A DNA stretch of 36,251 nt. Source: an uncultured Candidatus Saccharibacteria bacterium. GTDB lineage: Bacteria; Patescibacteriota; Saccharimonadia; Saccharimonadales; SLHW01. Position numbers and translations under genes: made by a program. The notes beneath the pieces were generated by a model. It ran no database searches, was not told the DNA's origin, and was given only the letters and a program-made list of their open reading frames with translations. This document shows positions 18,872 to 27,568 of this stretch, piece by piece. Positions within the stretch are counted from its first letter, which is position 1. Every line of letters begins with the position of its first letter. The stretch spans positions 1 through 36,251 of the forward strand of contig CAZGPJ010000001.1 of the NCBI GenBank assembly GCA_964527485.1. The letters are read 5' to 3'.

Positions 18872-19695
18872 ATAGTGTCCTCAACCCACATACTCAACGC
18901 GAGGTAGACTCTTTGCTGCGTCACACTCCCCATGCGGTGTTGCTACATGGAGATAAAGGCGCCGGCAAAAAATTTCTTGCATCGGAAGTCGCCAGGCATC
19001 TGCTCGGTGAAGATTCTGCAGATAGTCACCACATCCATCTTATCCAGCCAGAAGGACAGACAATCTCCATAGCGCAGATCCGCTATATAAAAGAGCTGAC
19101 AAAACTACGCGTTCCTGGGAGGCGAGCAATCCGTCGAGTCGTCATCATCCAGGATGCGCATTTGTTGCGAGAGGAGGCTCAGAACGCACTACTGAAGACC
19201 TTAGAGGAGCCTCCAGAAGACACGGTTTTTCTGTTGACGGCTCATGATAAGGGGGCGCTCGCAGATACAGTATTGTCGCGCGTTACTTCAGTTGCTGTGC
19301 GTCCAGTTTCAGCTATTAGTGCCAAAGAATTATTTTCTGGTCACGACGCGAACCAAGTGAATCGAGCGTACCACATGAGCAACGGCAATATTGGCTTGAT
19401 GAGCGCCCTGATGCAGGATACTGATCACCCATTGCTCCAGCACATAGAAACGGCAAAAAAGATCATTGGCAGCTCGCGCTATCAGAAGTTGTGCAGGGTG
19501 GAATCTCTCCGAAATGATAAGGAGGCTCTCTCTGATATTCTCTATTGCATGAAACGTATACTTCACTACAAACTGCTATTTAACCCGTCTCTGACGCTTA
19601 CAACTCGGCTCAAGCATGTGGCACTAGCTGAAGAAGACATCCGGAGAAATGTGCAGCCCCGACTTGTCTTAACTGATTTATTTTTGAAAATGTAG
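18868..19695 (+). CDS. holB: DNA polymerase III subunit delta' (AAA+ clamp-loader subunit)
   Basis: HAVLLHGDKGAGKKF (Walker A-like) and EAQNALLKTLEEPPEDTVFLL motifs. ATGA overlap with the upstream gene. Confidence 0.8.
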   Translation: MNSVLNPHTQREVDSLLRHTPHAVLLHGDKGAGKKFLASEVARHLLGEDSADSHHIHLIQPEGQTISIAQIRYIKELTKLRVPGRRAIRRVVIIQDAHLLREEAQNALLKTLEEPPEDTVFLLTAHDKGALADTVLSRVTSVAVRPVSAISAKELFSGHDANQVNRAYHMSNGNIGLMSALMQDTDHPLLQHIETAKKIIGSSRYQKLCRVESLRNDKEALSDILYCMKRILHYKLLFNPSLTLTTRLKHVALAEEDIRRNVQPRLVLTDLFLKM

Positions 19696-19710
19696 TAGAA
19701 TGGCACCTGA

Positions 19711-20367
19711 ATGTTAGAACTTGCACTTGTATTCAGTTTTGGGCTACTAACCCTACGGAATGCCAACCCGAAAGACGAAGAGAATGTCATAATTCCAAAG
19801 ATGATTGGCGATCGTCTGGGCAAATTATGGGATATTGCTCACCAGGGCATGCGCGACAATCGGTTCGCGCGAGCCGAGAAGGCTTTACTAACTATACTGA
19901 AAATCGACAAGCGCAATGCTGCAGCGTATAACCGGCTTGGGATACTGTATGCAAAGCAAAAAGAGTATAAAGACGCCATTGATTGTTTTGAGATAGCGAG
20001 CAGCATTGAACCGACGGCTTCAAGCCTGCACAATCTTGGATTGATATATTACGAAACAGAAAACTATGAACGAGCTGCGGTGGCTTTTGAACATGCCCTA
20101 CGTCGCGAAGACACCTTGGCAGCTCGGCACATTGCCTACGCAAAAGTTCAGGAAAAGCTCGACAACATGAAGCTTGCCGTGAAGGAACTTGAGAAAGCCG
20201 TTGAGATTGAACCGAGTCGAGAAAGCATGCAGTTGCTCATGAAGGCCTATCAAGCGCGTGGGCAGCAAGCAGAAGCTGATCAAGTCGAAGATCGATTACA
20301 AAAAATGCGTCGCTCGAAGAAACGCCCCGAGCGCCAAAAGGTGAAACGTCCACGAAAAGTTGTGTGA
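19711..20367 (+). CDS. TPR-repeat protein with an N-terminal hydrophobic segment and a basic C-terminal tail
   Basis: Several TPR-like 34-aa units (AYNRLGILYAKQKEYKDAIDCFEIASSIEP; LHNLGLIYYETENYERAAVAFEHAL). TAGAAT lies 9 nt upstream of the ATG, and there is no Shine-Dalgarno. Confidence 0.75.
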   Translation: MLELALVFSFGLLTLRNANPKDEENVIIPKMIGDRLGKLWDIAHQGMRDNRFARAEKALLTILKIDKRNAAAYNRLGILYAKQKEYKDAIDCFEIASSIEPTASSLHNLGLIYYETENYERAAVAFEHALRREDTLAARHIAYAKVQEKLDNMKLAVKELEKAVEIEPSRESMQLLMKAYQARGQQAEADQVEDRLQKMRRSKKRPERQKVKRPRKVV

Positions 20368-20492
20368 GTTCGTAGTATTTTGCTACACTCTTGAGGTGCA
20401 ATCGCCAGTCATGGGTAGTCGTCAAGTGGATCGCACGTTCTTTAAGCACCAATCAGCGAACTTCAACATACTGGTTTGCCCCGGTTAAACGT

Positions 20493-20568
20493 GCCTAGAT
20501 AGCTCAGTTGGTAGAGCGCATCCATGGTAAGGATGAGGTCACGGGTTCAAATCCCGTTCTAGGCTCCA
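20493..20568 (+). tRNA. tRNA-Thr (anticodon GGT), CCA encoded
   Basis: Folded by hand. Acceptor GCCTAGA/TCTAGGC, D stem GCTC/GAGC, anticodon stem CATCC/GGATG with loop ATGGTAA, T arm ACGGG-TTCAAAT-CCCGT. Confidence 0.93.
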
Positions 20569-20600
20569 CGACGCATTTTCGGTATACTAGAGTGCGTGAT

Positions 20601-20685
20601 GCAGGGATAGTGAAGCGGTCAAACACGGCTGACTGTAAATCAGCTGGCTCAGCCTTCGGGGGTTCGAATCCCTCTCCCTGCACCA
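20601..20685 (+). tRNA. tRNA-Tyr (anticodon GTA), long variable arm, CCA encoded
   Basis: Acceptor GCAGGGA/TCCCTGC, anticodon stem GCTGA/TCAGC with loop CTGTAAA, 13-nt variable arm, T loop TTCGAAT. Confidence 0.92.
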
Positions 20686-20690
20686 AGTAT

Positions 20691-20767
20691 GCCACCTTAG
20701 CTCAGCTGGTTAGAGCGGCTGTTTTGTAAACAGTAGGTCATCGGTTCGAATCCGATAGGTGGCTCCA
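20691..20767 (+). tRNA. tRNA-Thr (anticodon TGT), CCA encoded
   Basis: Acceptor GCCACCT/AGGTGGC, D stem GCTC/GAGC, anticodon loop TTTGTAA, T arm ATCGG-TTCGAAT-CCGAT. Confidence 0.92.
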
Positions 20768-20823
20768 GATAGAACAAGACGTGCCAATGCTGTCAAGAAG
20801 CGTACCTGTCAGGTAAGAGCATC

Positions 20824-20852
20824 TTGATAATTACCATGTTCTCTGGTATGAT
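20824..20852 (+). promoter_or_regulatory. Candidate promoter for rpmG
   Basis: TTGATA (20824-20829), 17 bp, extended -10 TGgTATGAT (20844-20852). Confidence 0.6.
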
Positions 20853-20915
20853 CGAACAGTTGAAATAGTAATTATGTATAGTCAAGACGACACGGGTGAA
20901 TTAAGGGAATAGATT

Positions 20916-21119
20916 ATGGCAAAAAAAGGCGACAAGCGAAAAATCATCGGATTGGTCTCAGAAGAGAGCGGTCACCGCCACTATTATACGACAAAAAACA
21001 CGATGAACACACCGGACAAGATCAGCATCAAGAAGTATGATCCTGTATTGAAGCGACACGCGCTCTACACCGAAACAAAGAAGAGTCTCGGCCGAAACGA
21101 AGTCAAACCAAAGAAATAA
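20916..21119 (+). CDS. rpmG: 50S ribosomal protein L33, Cys-less (C-) form with a basic C-terminal extension
   Basis: GLVSEESGHRHYYTTKNTMNTPDKISIKKYDPVLKRHALYTETKK aligns with the L33 consensus. The Zn-ribbon Cys pairs are replaced (SEES, DPVL). Confidence 0.9.
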   Translation: MAKKGDKRKIIGLVSEESGHRHYYTTKNTMNTPDKISIKKYDPVLKRHALYTETKKSLGRNEVKPKK

Positions 21120-21131
21120 ATCACGTATAAC

Positions 21132-23099
21132 CTAGTTATGTAGGCTTCTTCCGTGCTTCGCGCGTGTATAGTCGAGAACTGTATTCACAAATTCTGCATG
21201 GCTCCATACAAGCGGGGCTACTGAAAGAGGTTCTGCTGTTTCCGGATGCACTTGCTCAGAGAACACGCCACTAGGCAGAGTTTTCGTCAGTGACCAGTCG
21301 AGTAGCTCTTTTGTTTTTTCTTCTTTGCCGTTGCGCACATAATATTGAGCAATCCAAAGTGTTGCAATAATCCAGGGGTTTCCCATATACGGCGGGTCAC
21401 AGGCGAAATACTGATCATGCTCATAGCGGGGTGAGCCACCTGACGGGGAAGAGTTTAATAAGGAGCGCTCAACCGCCTCCATACTTTTATGGAGATAGGT
21501 CTCGTCTTTATAGAAATCAAACATCATCACGCCGTATATCGTGGAGACGTCGAGTGTATCATCAAATTGGAGTGATTTATCTGGCCCGGGACTGAGGAGG
21601 CAGCCTTTGCGGTAATACTGACGATCGTGAGAAAAGAAAACTTCGTTGCCGGCAAGGAGTGACTTAGCTGCTTCTTTCCAGCGTACGTTGTCGTCAGGGT
21701 ATTCGAACAGCTCGGCAAAATCGGCCGCAACGAGAAGTGCCTGATAGACCACCGCAACAGAATAGGTGTTCGTCAGGAATTTTTCTTCCCACAAATCGTA
21801 GCTCGCGTGCGGTAGGCCGGTTTCAGGATCGACGAAGCCGCACATGAAATTTGCCATGGGGCGAATCATTGCTTCATACAGGCTTTGCACGAAATCGCTA
21901 TCATCGCTGTAGTGATAGTACTCCCCGAGCATGTACAAAATAATAGCCGTTTCGTCTTCTTGTATGGCTAGCTCTTTATGATTATTTAGTAGTAGCGGGT
22001 GCCACGTACTGCCTATGGCTTTATCTGGTTGATATTTGTGCATGAGGTAGCCCTCATCGGTGATAATATCGCGGCAGAAGCCAAAAAATGCTTTGGCCTC
22101 CGCATAGTGACCGAGTCGAATAAGGGGCCAGATCGCATAAGCCCCATCACGGGGCCAGACGTAGCTATAATAATCTCTCCCGTAGTTGTATATGGATGAG
22201 TCACACGAGGCTATGACGCCACCGCGTTTATCGATATGGGCTTTGATGAGCATCAACGATTTTTTTGTCTGTGAGCTATATTCAGGGTCAATCGCATGCA
22301 GCGAGTTTGCGCTGATAGCCAGCCAGTCAGCCCAGTAGGATCTATTATCACGAAAAATCTGTGAAAGACCACGTTCTTTCACTGTTTCATGAACTTTCTC
22401 AGCTTTGTATTGTGAGTCTGAGGCGACAATCCAATATTCTAATTCGGTTTTTTGATCTGGGTCGACTTGAGTTGTGAAGCGAATTACCGAGTCAACGCCC
22501 CCGTGCTCCACCGCGCTGCCCGACAGCTCGCCGTCTTCGGCATCTTTATAGGTGCCTTCTTTGCCTTCGATGCCAAAGTTTCCGACAGCGTACTGGTCGA
22601 AGGAGGCGTTCGTGCCACCAGCGTGAGCTCCAGCAATGAGGAGGCTACAGCGACCTTTGTAATCGAGGATATAATGATCGTCAGGTACATACAGTGCTGT
22701 ATCGCCGCGGCCACCGCGTGAAATCTGAAAGACTTGGTGCATGAACAGACGTATCTCGCGGTGATGATCTGCTTGATTGTGAACAGTGATGGAGCGAGCA
22801 AATATATTATCTTCATGATCGACAACATCCCGAATAGAGAGGCTCACGTTCAAATTCTGATTATGCATAATCACATTGCTTATGAGCGCATTTTCATCTA
22901 TATCGACGTCTATGGCCCACGCATCTCGTCCAACCCATGAAAATTCTCCGTCGACCCATATACCAATTTTGTGACAGCCTAGGCGAGCATTGGTTAAGTT
23001 ATCGAGGCCGACATATGGGTAGTAGAAGTCCTGTACCAATCCGTCTTCATTGAGGCCGACCGCAAGGCTTCCGTTGCTCAATATAATGGACCGACTCAC
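21132..23099 (-). CDS. Glycoside hydrolase family 15 (glucoamylase/glucodextranase-like)
   Basis: YSYVWPRDGAY and YDLWEEKF (general-acid region) motifs. At 655 aa its size is typical of prokaryotic GH15. 4-nt overlap with the upstream GH57 gene. Confidence 0.85.
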   Translation of the reverse strand: MSRSIILSNGSLAVGLNEDGLVQDFYYPYVGLDNLTNARLGCHKIGIWVDGEFSWVGRDAWAIDVDIDENALISNVIMHNQNLNVSLSIRDVVDHEDNIFARSITVHNQADHHREIRLFMHQVFQISRGGRGDTALYVPDDHYILDYKGRCSLLIAGAHAGGTNASFDQYAVGNFGIEGKEGTYKDAEDGELSGSAVEHGGVDSVIRFTTQVDPDQKTELEYWIVASDSQYKAEKVHETVKERGLSQIFRDNRSYWADWLAISANSLHAIDPEYSSQTKKSLMLIKAHIDKRGGVIASCDSSIYNYGRDYYSYVWPRDGAYAIWPLIRLGHYAEAKAFFGFCRDIITDEGYLMHKYQPDKAIGSTWHPLLLNNHKELAIQEDETAIILYMLGEYYHYSDDSDFVQSLYEAMIRPMANFMCGFVDPETGLPHASYDLWEEKFLTNTYSVAVVYQALLVAADFAELFEYPDDNVRWKEAAKSLLAGNEVFFSHDRQYYRKGCLLSPGPDKSLQFDDTLDVSTIYGVMMFDFYKDETYLHKSMEAVERSLLNSSPSGGSPRYEHDQYFACDPPYMGNPWIIATLWIAQYYVRNGKEEKTKELLDWSLTKTLPSGVFSEQVHPETAEPLSVAPLVWSHAEFVNTVLDYTRAKHGRSLHN

Positions 23100-24304
23100 A
23101 CAGACACTCCGTGCTGTGATAGGCGGTAACGCAGGTCATGGTAACTGTTCATAAAATTCATGAAAGCTTCATAGGGTGATTCATAGGGGCTAAAGTAGGC
23201 GTGAATGTCACCATCGTTGAACCATTTTGTACACATGTAATAAAAATGATCAGATGTTTGCAGTTTGCGCCAGTCTTCAATCAAGGCCCAATCATTGGTA
23301 GCTAGTAGCTTTGTTTGCAGATCGTAGAGCCCATGAATGGCTTGCTGTTGCATGGGGTTGCCGAGCCACGCAGACAAATCGCGTTCAGTGTCTGCCCACG
23401 TCGTCGTATGCTCGACGTCGACCTGATCGACTGCTGCATGCGATTCGGCGGCTTCAGTGACCGTCATAAATGTATGATCTGGATGGCGGAGCCACTCCTT
23501 GGGCAAGTGCTCGAGAAAACCAAAAATTCCCGTATGATCCCACTGGTGTTCTCCGAAGGTTTCATAATCCATAAACAAATTAAAGTTAGTCGCGTCAGAG
23601 GACTGACCCAGCCAGTCTGTAAATTTATCAGCCGTCAGAGGCCATTCAGACCATGCCTGATCACCAAAGCGAAAAGCGATATCGTCACTCAACTTGTAGT
23701 TTTTCAAAAGTAGTTTTATGTTTTGTGTATTGACTGGTCGGTAAACGTAGTTGGGGCTTCGCCACCCAAGAATGGGGTCCCAGCCCTCAGCCAGTACGGC
23801 TTTATAGCCAGCGGCGTCTGCCCAGCGAGCGAGTTCGTTATTGTAGGCGAGTTCAGTATTACGAAAGGCGGTGGGTGTTTGCCAGAACAAATCTTCAATT
23901 TTTTCGCGATGCATTTGCACTTGTGTTGCGAACTCGGCTCGGGAATAAAAAAATGCGAGGCTGTGGTGATACGTTTCACCAACAATCTCTACACGACCAG
24001 TCCGCACCAGATCCTGGAAGGACTCCAGAGCCTCTGGCGCCCACTGCTGTAGCTGATCAAGCAACGTGCCTGTGATGGACAGGCTAAGTTTAAATTGTGG
24101 GTTTTCATCAAGTAGTTTTTTCAGGACCCGGTTGGTCGGAATGTAGGATTTTTGGGCAACTTTATGGATGATTCTTTCGTTGCTTGTTCGGTCGTCGTAC
24201 TCAGCGTCAAAATAGGCGTGGTTATGGCCCGCGTCAAAAATTGTATAGTGGCGAATACGATACGGTTGGTGTACGTGCATATAAAGGACAATTGCTTTGC
24301 TCAT
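23096..24304 (-). CDS. Glycoside hydrolase family 57 (alpha-amylase / alpha-glucan-active enzyme)
   Basis: GH57 signature regions: HVHQPYR, GRVEIVGETYHHSL, FRNTELAYN and FMDYETFGEH. Confidence 0.85.
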   Translation of the reverse strand: MSKAIVLYMHVHQPYRIRHYTIFDAGHNHAYFDAEYDDRTSNERIIHKVAQKSYIPTNRVLKKLLDENPQFKLSLSITGTLLDQLQQWAPEALESFQDLVRTGRVEIVGETYHHSLAFFYSRAEFATQVQMHREKIEDLFWQTPTAFRNTELAYNNELARWADAAGYKAVLAEGWDPILGWRSPNYVYRPVNTQNIKLLLKNYKLSDDIAFRFGDQAWSEWPLTADKFTDWLGQSSDATNFNLFMDYETFGEHQWDHTGIFGFLEHLPKEWLRHPDHTFMTVTEAAESHAAVDQVDVEHTTTWADTERDLSAWLGNPMQQQAIHGLYDLQTKLLATNDWALIEDWRKLQTSDHFYYMCTKWFNDGDIHAYFSPYESPYEAFMNFMNSYHDLRYRLSQHGVSV

Positions 24305-25509
24305 ACCAGGGCCTTTCGTGTGTGCGCGCTATACATGTGCGCCAGTGTTTGTGCAGCTTTCGACCAGTTTAGTTGCTGGTATTCTTCGAAAACACGCGCG
24401 TGCAGCTCATCGCGTAACGTGTCGTTCTGCATAACTGATGTTATCTGATTGGCCATTTCATCAACATCCCAGTAGTCTACTTTGAGGCAATTACGCAATA
24501 TCTCGGCAACTCCAGACTGCTTGCTTATCAAAGAAGGCGTGCCGTAGCCAGCTGCTTCAAGCGGGGTAAGCCCAAAGGGTTCCGATACAGACGGCATGAC
24601 AAAGATGTCCCCAATGGCATAGGCGTCACGCCACCGTTTACCGCGCTGGAAACCAGTGAAAATGACATTTCGGCTAATACCGAGCTGTGCAGCTAGCTCA
24701 ATGAGTTCGCGCTCCTGATCACCGCTACCGACAAGCAGAAGCAGGGACTTCGGGTTTTTGTCGACGACTTTTTTGACGGCGTAGAGTAAGTTGGTCAGAC
24801 CCTTTTGTACGGTAATCCGACCGATGTTCACGATGACACGATAGCCCTGTTTTTTCATTTCTTGGATGTAGGTGTACGAGGTGTCTCCAGACAGTGGCTC
24901 CATAGTCTCGACATCCATGCTGTTATGTATGACATCAATCTTATCTGCGGGAATGGCGTAGTCGTCTACGATAGCTTTTTTTGTGTGATTGCTCACCGCG
25001 ATAACACGGTCGGCTAGCAGCATTGACAGTCCTTCAATTTCTCGTACCAACGGATTTCCGTCGGTTCCGCCAGCTCTGTCTCGCTCGATAGAGTGGACAT
25101 GAAGAATGAGGGGCCTTCCGGAGGCTTGCTTGGCGCGTACACCGGCCCGGAACGTCAGCCAGTCATGAGCGTGAATAACGTCGAAGGTCGCATCTTCGGC
25201 GAGTTTTGCAACATTTGTCTCGTACAGGGTTTGCTGATCATAAATAGAGATTGTTTCTATAGAGCCATCTGTCTTACGGTATGCATAACTGTCATATGCT
25301 CGCGTTGGTGGTATGACCTCAACAACATCTGCGGGATGGGCGGCCGTAATCTTCATAAAATCTGCGCTATGACCTGCAACGTAGGGAAGCACGAACTCGA
25401 TGTCTACCTGGTTATTCGAGGCGAGCGCTTTGCATAGTTGGTAACATGCCACACCGAGTCCGCCGCTATTATGAGGGGGGAGCTCCCACCCGAGCATTAG
25501 TACTTTCAT
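24301..25509 (-). CDS. GT-B glycosyltransferase (group 1), glycogen/alpha-glucan synthase-like
   Basis: N-terminus MKVLMLGWELPPHNSGGLGVACYQL, and the E-x7-E region FVMPSVSEPFGLTPLEAAGYG. It is first in a three-gene operon with overlapping stop/start codons. Confidence 0.8.
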   Translation of the reverse strand: MKVLMLGWELPPHNSGGLGVACYQLCKALASNNQVDIEFVLPYVAGHSADFMKITAAHPADVVEVIPPTRAYDSYAYRKTDGSIETISIYDQQTLYETNVAKLAEDATFDVIHAHDWLTFRAGVRAKQASGRPLILHVHSIERDRAGGTDGNPLVREIEGLSMLLADRVIAVSNHTKKAIVDDYAIPADKIDVIHNSMDVETMEPLSGDTSYTYIQEMKKQGYRVIVNIGRITVQKGLTNLLYAVKKVVDKNPKSLLLLVGSGDQERELIELAAQLGISRNVIFTGFQRGKRWRDAYAIGDIFVMPSVSEPFGLTPLEAAGYGTPSLISKQSGVAEILRNCLKVDYWDVDEMANQITSVMQNDTLRDELHARVFEEYQQLNWSKAAQTLAHMYSAHTRKALV

Positions 25510-25546
25510 AACCTACTTTTTCAAGCGTTCTTTATATTCACTTGTC

Positions 25547-25575
25547 AGTATAGGACGTATAAAGCGTTAGCACAA
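25547..25575 (-). promoter_or_regulatory. Candidate promoter of the alpha-glucan operon
   Basis: On the minus strand: TTGTGC (25575-25570), 17 bp, TATACT (25552-25547). Confidence 0.5.
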
Positions 25576-25663
25576 CTGATAAAAGACTGCCCTGATATCC
25601 GCTTGTGGAAAAAGAGGGACATACAGTAGATTAACCGCTGTTAGGCCGAGGTGTGACACATAT

Positions 25664-25672
25664 TGCTATACT
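25664..25672 (+). promoter_or_regulatory. Extended -10 box placed for a leaderless transcript of the 25679 ORF
   Basis: TGcTATACT ends 6 nt before the ATG at 25679. There is no Shine-Dalgarno. Confidence 0.5.
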
Positions 25673-25678
25673 GTGTCT

Positions 25679-26263
25679 ATGCCACAGCGAGAGCTACACG
25701 TCTACTCATGCGAAAAGCAAACTGACATAGAGCGCGCGTATCAGTTCATCGATGAGCTTCGTCGATATGACGACATGGCCAGCAGGTCTCCTACAGTCCA
25801 GCGCTATCTTGGATTATTCAGCTCCATGCCAGACGTACGGCGCGCTCATACACAAGAGCTATTTCGTCCGTCACTCATATACGAAATGAACAGGAGTATC
25901 ATTATCGGCGTCGGATCAGTTGCTCTTCAGCGAACAGTATTTCATCCTACAGAAGGCGAGATGATAAGCTCAGAAATTGATTACGTAACTTCTCCTGACA
26001 TTACAGATGCCGAGCATATCCAGGTAGCAAACTTTTTTTACGAGCAGCAACAACGTATGAACTCTCAAATATCTTCTTCCTGCAATAGGCGGAGATATCC
26101 GTCTTTTGCTTCACTAGTTGCCGACAATCCATACCAGGCACGCGGTGTGCCACTTTCAAGCGTATTTTATGAAGTTGACGGTTCCGGACATCTTCAGGTA
26201 GATCCAGATCTCAGCAATGTTAGCAAAAATGCTGCAATTGTCGCCCTTCATCATTCAAAATAA
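25679..26263 (+). CDS. Hypothetical protein (194 aa)
   Basis: Long ORF in an otherwise empty region, with a leaderless-type promoter. I recognise no family. ATG at 25679 is preferred over the GTG at 25673. Confidence 0.6.
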   Translation: MPQRELHVYSCEKQTDIERAYQFIDELRRYDDMASRSPTVQRYLGLFSSMPDVRRAHTQELFRPSLIYEMNRSIIIGVGSVALQRTVFHPTEGEMISSEIDYVTSPDITDAEHIQVANFFYEQQQRMNSQISSSCNRRRYPSFASLVADNPYQARGVPLSSVFYEVDGSGHLQVDPDLSNVSKNAAIVALHHSK

Positions 26264-26325
26264 AAAATACCTTCGAATGCTGGCAGAATCAGACAAAGCT
26301 TTTTATCACTTTTTCTCGGGTCTAG

Positions 26326-26430
26326 CTACTTATGTGTGATCGACCAACCGCGTGGTTTACGCCGTGACGCTCCACTTAGACGTGTATCGATTTGCGAGAA
26401 AGTTTTTCTTTTGCTCGTTTTCGTAGCCAT
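26326..26430 (-). CDS. Speculative small, highly basic protein (34 aa)
   Basis: MATKTSKRKTFSQIDTRLSGASRRKPRGWSITHK, with GAGGAAG 9 nt upstream. A candidate promoter lies further upstream: TTGCAT (26561-26556), 16 bp, TATAAC (26539-26534). Confidence 0.3.
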   Translation of the reverse strand: MATKTSKRKTFSQIDTRLSGASRRKPRGWSITHK

Positions 26431-26593
26431 CCATAATGCTTCCTCACGTCCTTGGTTCCAAGGAGCTCTTCTCGGTTCCTCGTGATCGCTTTGGTTGCAC
26501 AATTCTGCCAACATTTCAAGGTACTTACCATCTGTTATACACCAATAAATATAAAATGCAAGTGGTTATTTTTATGTGATAGCATACCAAGGT

Positions 26594-27565
26594 ATGATGA
26601 AAAAAAGACGCTTACCTCCGCTCGGGCCATTTGCGCTTGCTATCCTAGCCACAATGCTATTTGGCTCTAACGCTGTCGCGCTGAAGGTTGCCTCAGAATC
26701 ACTGGACCCACTCGTGTACGTGACGTTTCGTATGCTTGGTTCGGGGCTCGTGCTTCTTTTATTCCTGAAAGGATTCACCTTCTTGCGAGATACGAAGGTC
26801 TTTTTGCATGTCCTTCTGAGTGGCGGTATTCTTCTTCTTGGAATGCTTTTATATGCACCGGGAGTCGAGCAGTCCGGTGCCTTGAAGGCTTCAGTCCTCG
26901 GCCTGACAATACCGGTTTTCATTTATGTGTTTTCCGTATTTTTGCTGCATGAACCGTATATTCGTCGTGTGATGCTCGGCGGCATTGTTGCACTGCTCGG
27001 CAGTATAGTTCTTGTTGGGCTTCCTCTGTTTTTTGGGAGCAGCCTACAAACTGGTGACCTCTTGCTGCTCGGCGCATTTATGAGTATCTCAGCCGCAATC
27101 ATCCATGCAAAGTATTTACTGACGTGGTTAACGCCGAATCAAATCATCAGCTGTCGCTTCTTTGTTGCGGGTATTGGCTTGCTGGCATTTGTTGTCATGT
27201 TTCGCGATCCATCAATTATGCTCGAGGGTGAGCCTGTCGCGTGGCTGATGGTGCTCTACGGTGTGCTCGTTACTGGAGTTATTGCCAATACGATATACTA
27301 CCGGGCTTTGCGTCACATGAAGGCTGAGCAAGCTGCTCCGTTGTTTTACCTTGACCCTCTAACCGGAGCTCTGCTCGCGGCTCTGGTGCTCGGTGAGCGC
27401 CTCGAGATCACAGCACTCATTGGTGCACTCATTATCATTGGTGGTGTCGCTATATCTCACCCACATCATGTGCGGCTATTCTATCACTACCATATACCTA
27501 TTCCTCGTGGCCCAATTAGTTACTTAAAAGGGAAGATGAGGAAGGCTCTGCATCTTCGTGCATAG
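26594..27565 (+). CDS. EamA/DMT-superfamily transporter
   Basis: About 10 predicted transmembrane helices in two repeated halves, with typical EamA composition (LFGSNAVALKVA..., GERLEITALIGALIIIGGV). The start may be 26594 or 26597. Confidence 0.8.
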   Translation: MMKKRRLPPLGPFALAILATMLFGSNAVALKVASESLDPLVYVTFRMLGSGLVLLLFLKGFTFLRDTKVFLHVLLSGGILLLGMLLYAPGVEQSGALKASVLGLTIPVFIYVFSVFLLHEPYIRRVMLGGIVALLGSIVLVGLPLFFGSSLQTGDLLLLGAFMSISAAIIHAKYLLTWLTPNQIISCRFFVAGIGLLAFVVMFRDPSIMLEGEPVAWLMVLYGVLVTGVIANTIYYRALRHMKAEQAAPLFYLDPLTGALLAALVLGERLEITALIGALIIIGGVAISHPHHVRLFYHYHIPIPRGPISYLKGKMRKALHLRA

Positions 27566-27568
27566 TGT

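Noticed and set aside
21527-22940. Internal ORFs on both strands within the GH15, GH57, GT and RND genes (for example 22484-22828, 23315-23713, 25093-25437 and 29405-29743).
   Set aside because: They are nested inside long ORFs with clear family motifs, have no independent signals, and are of a size expected by chance.
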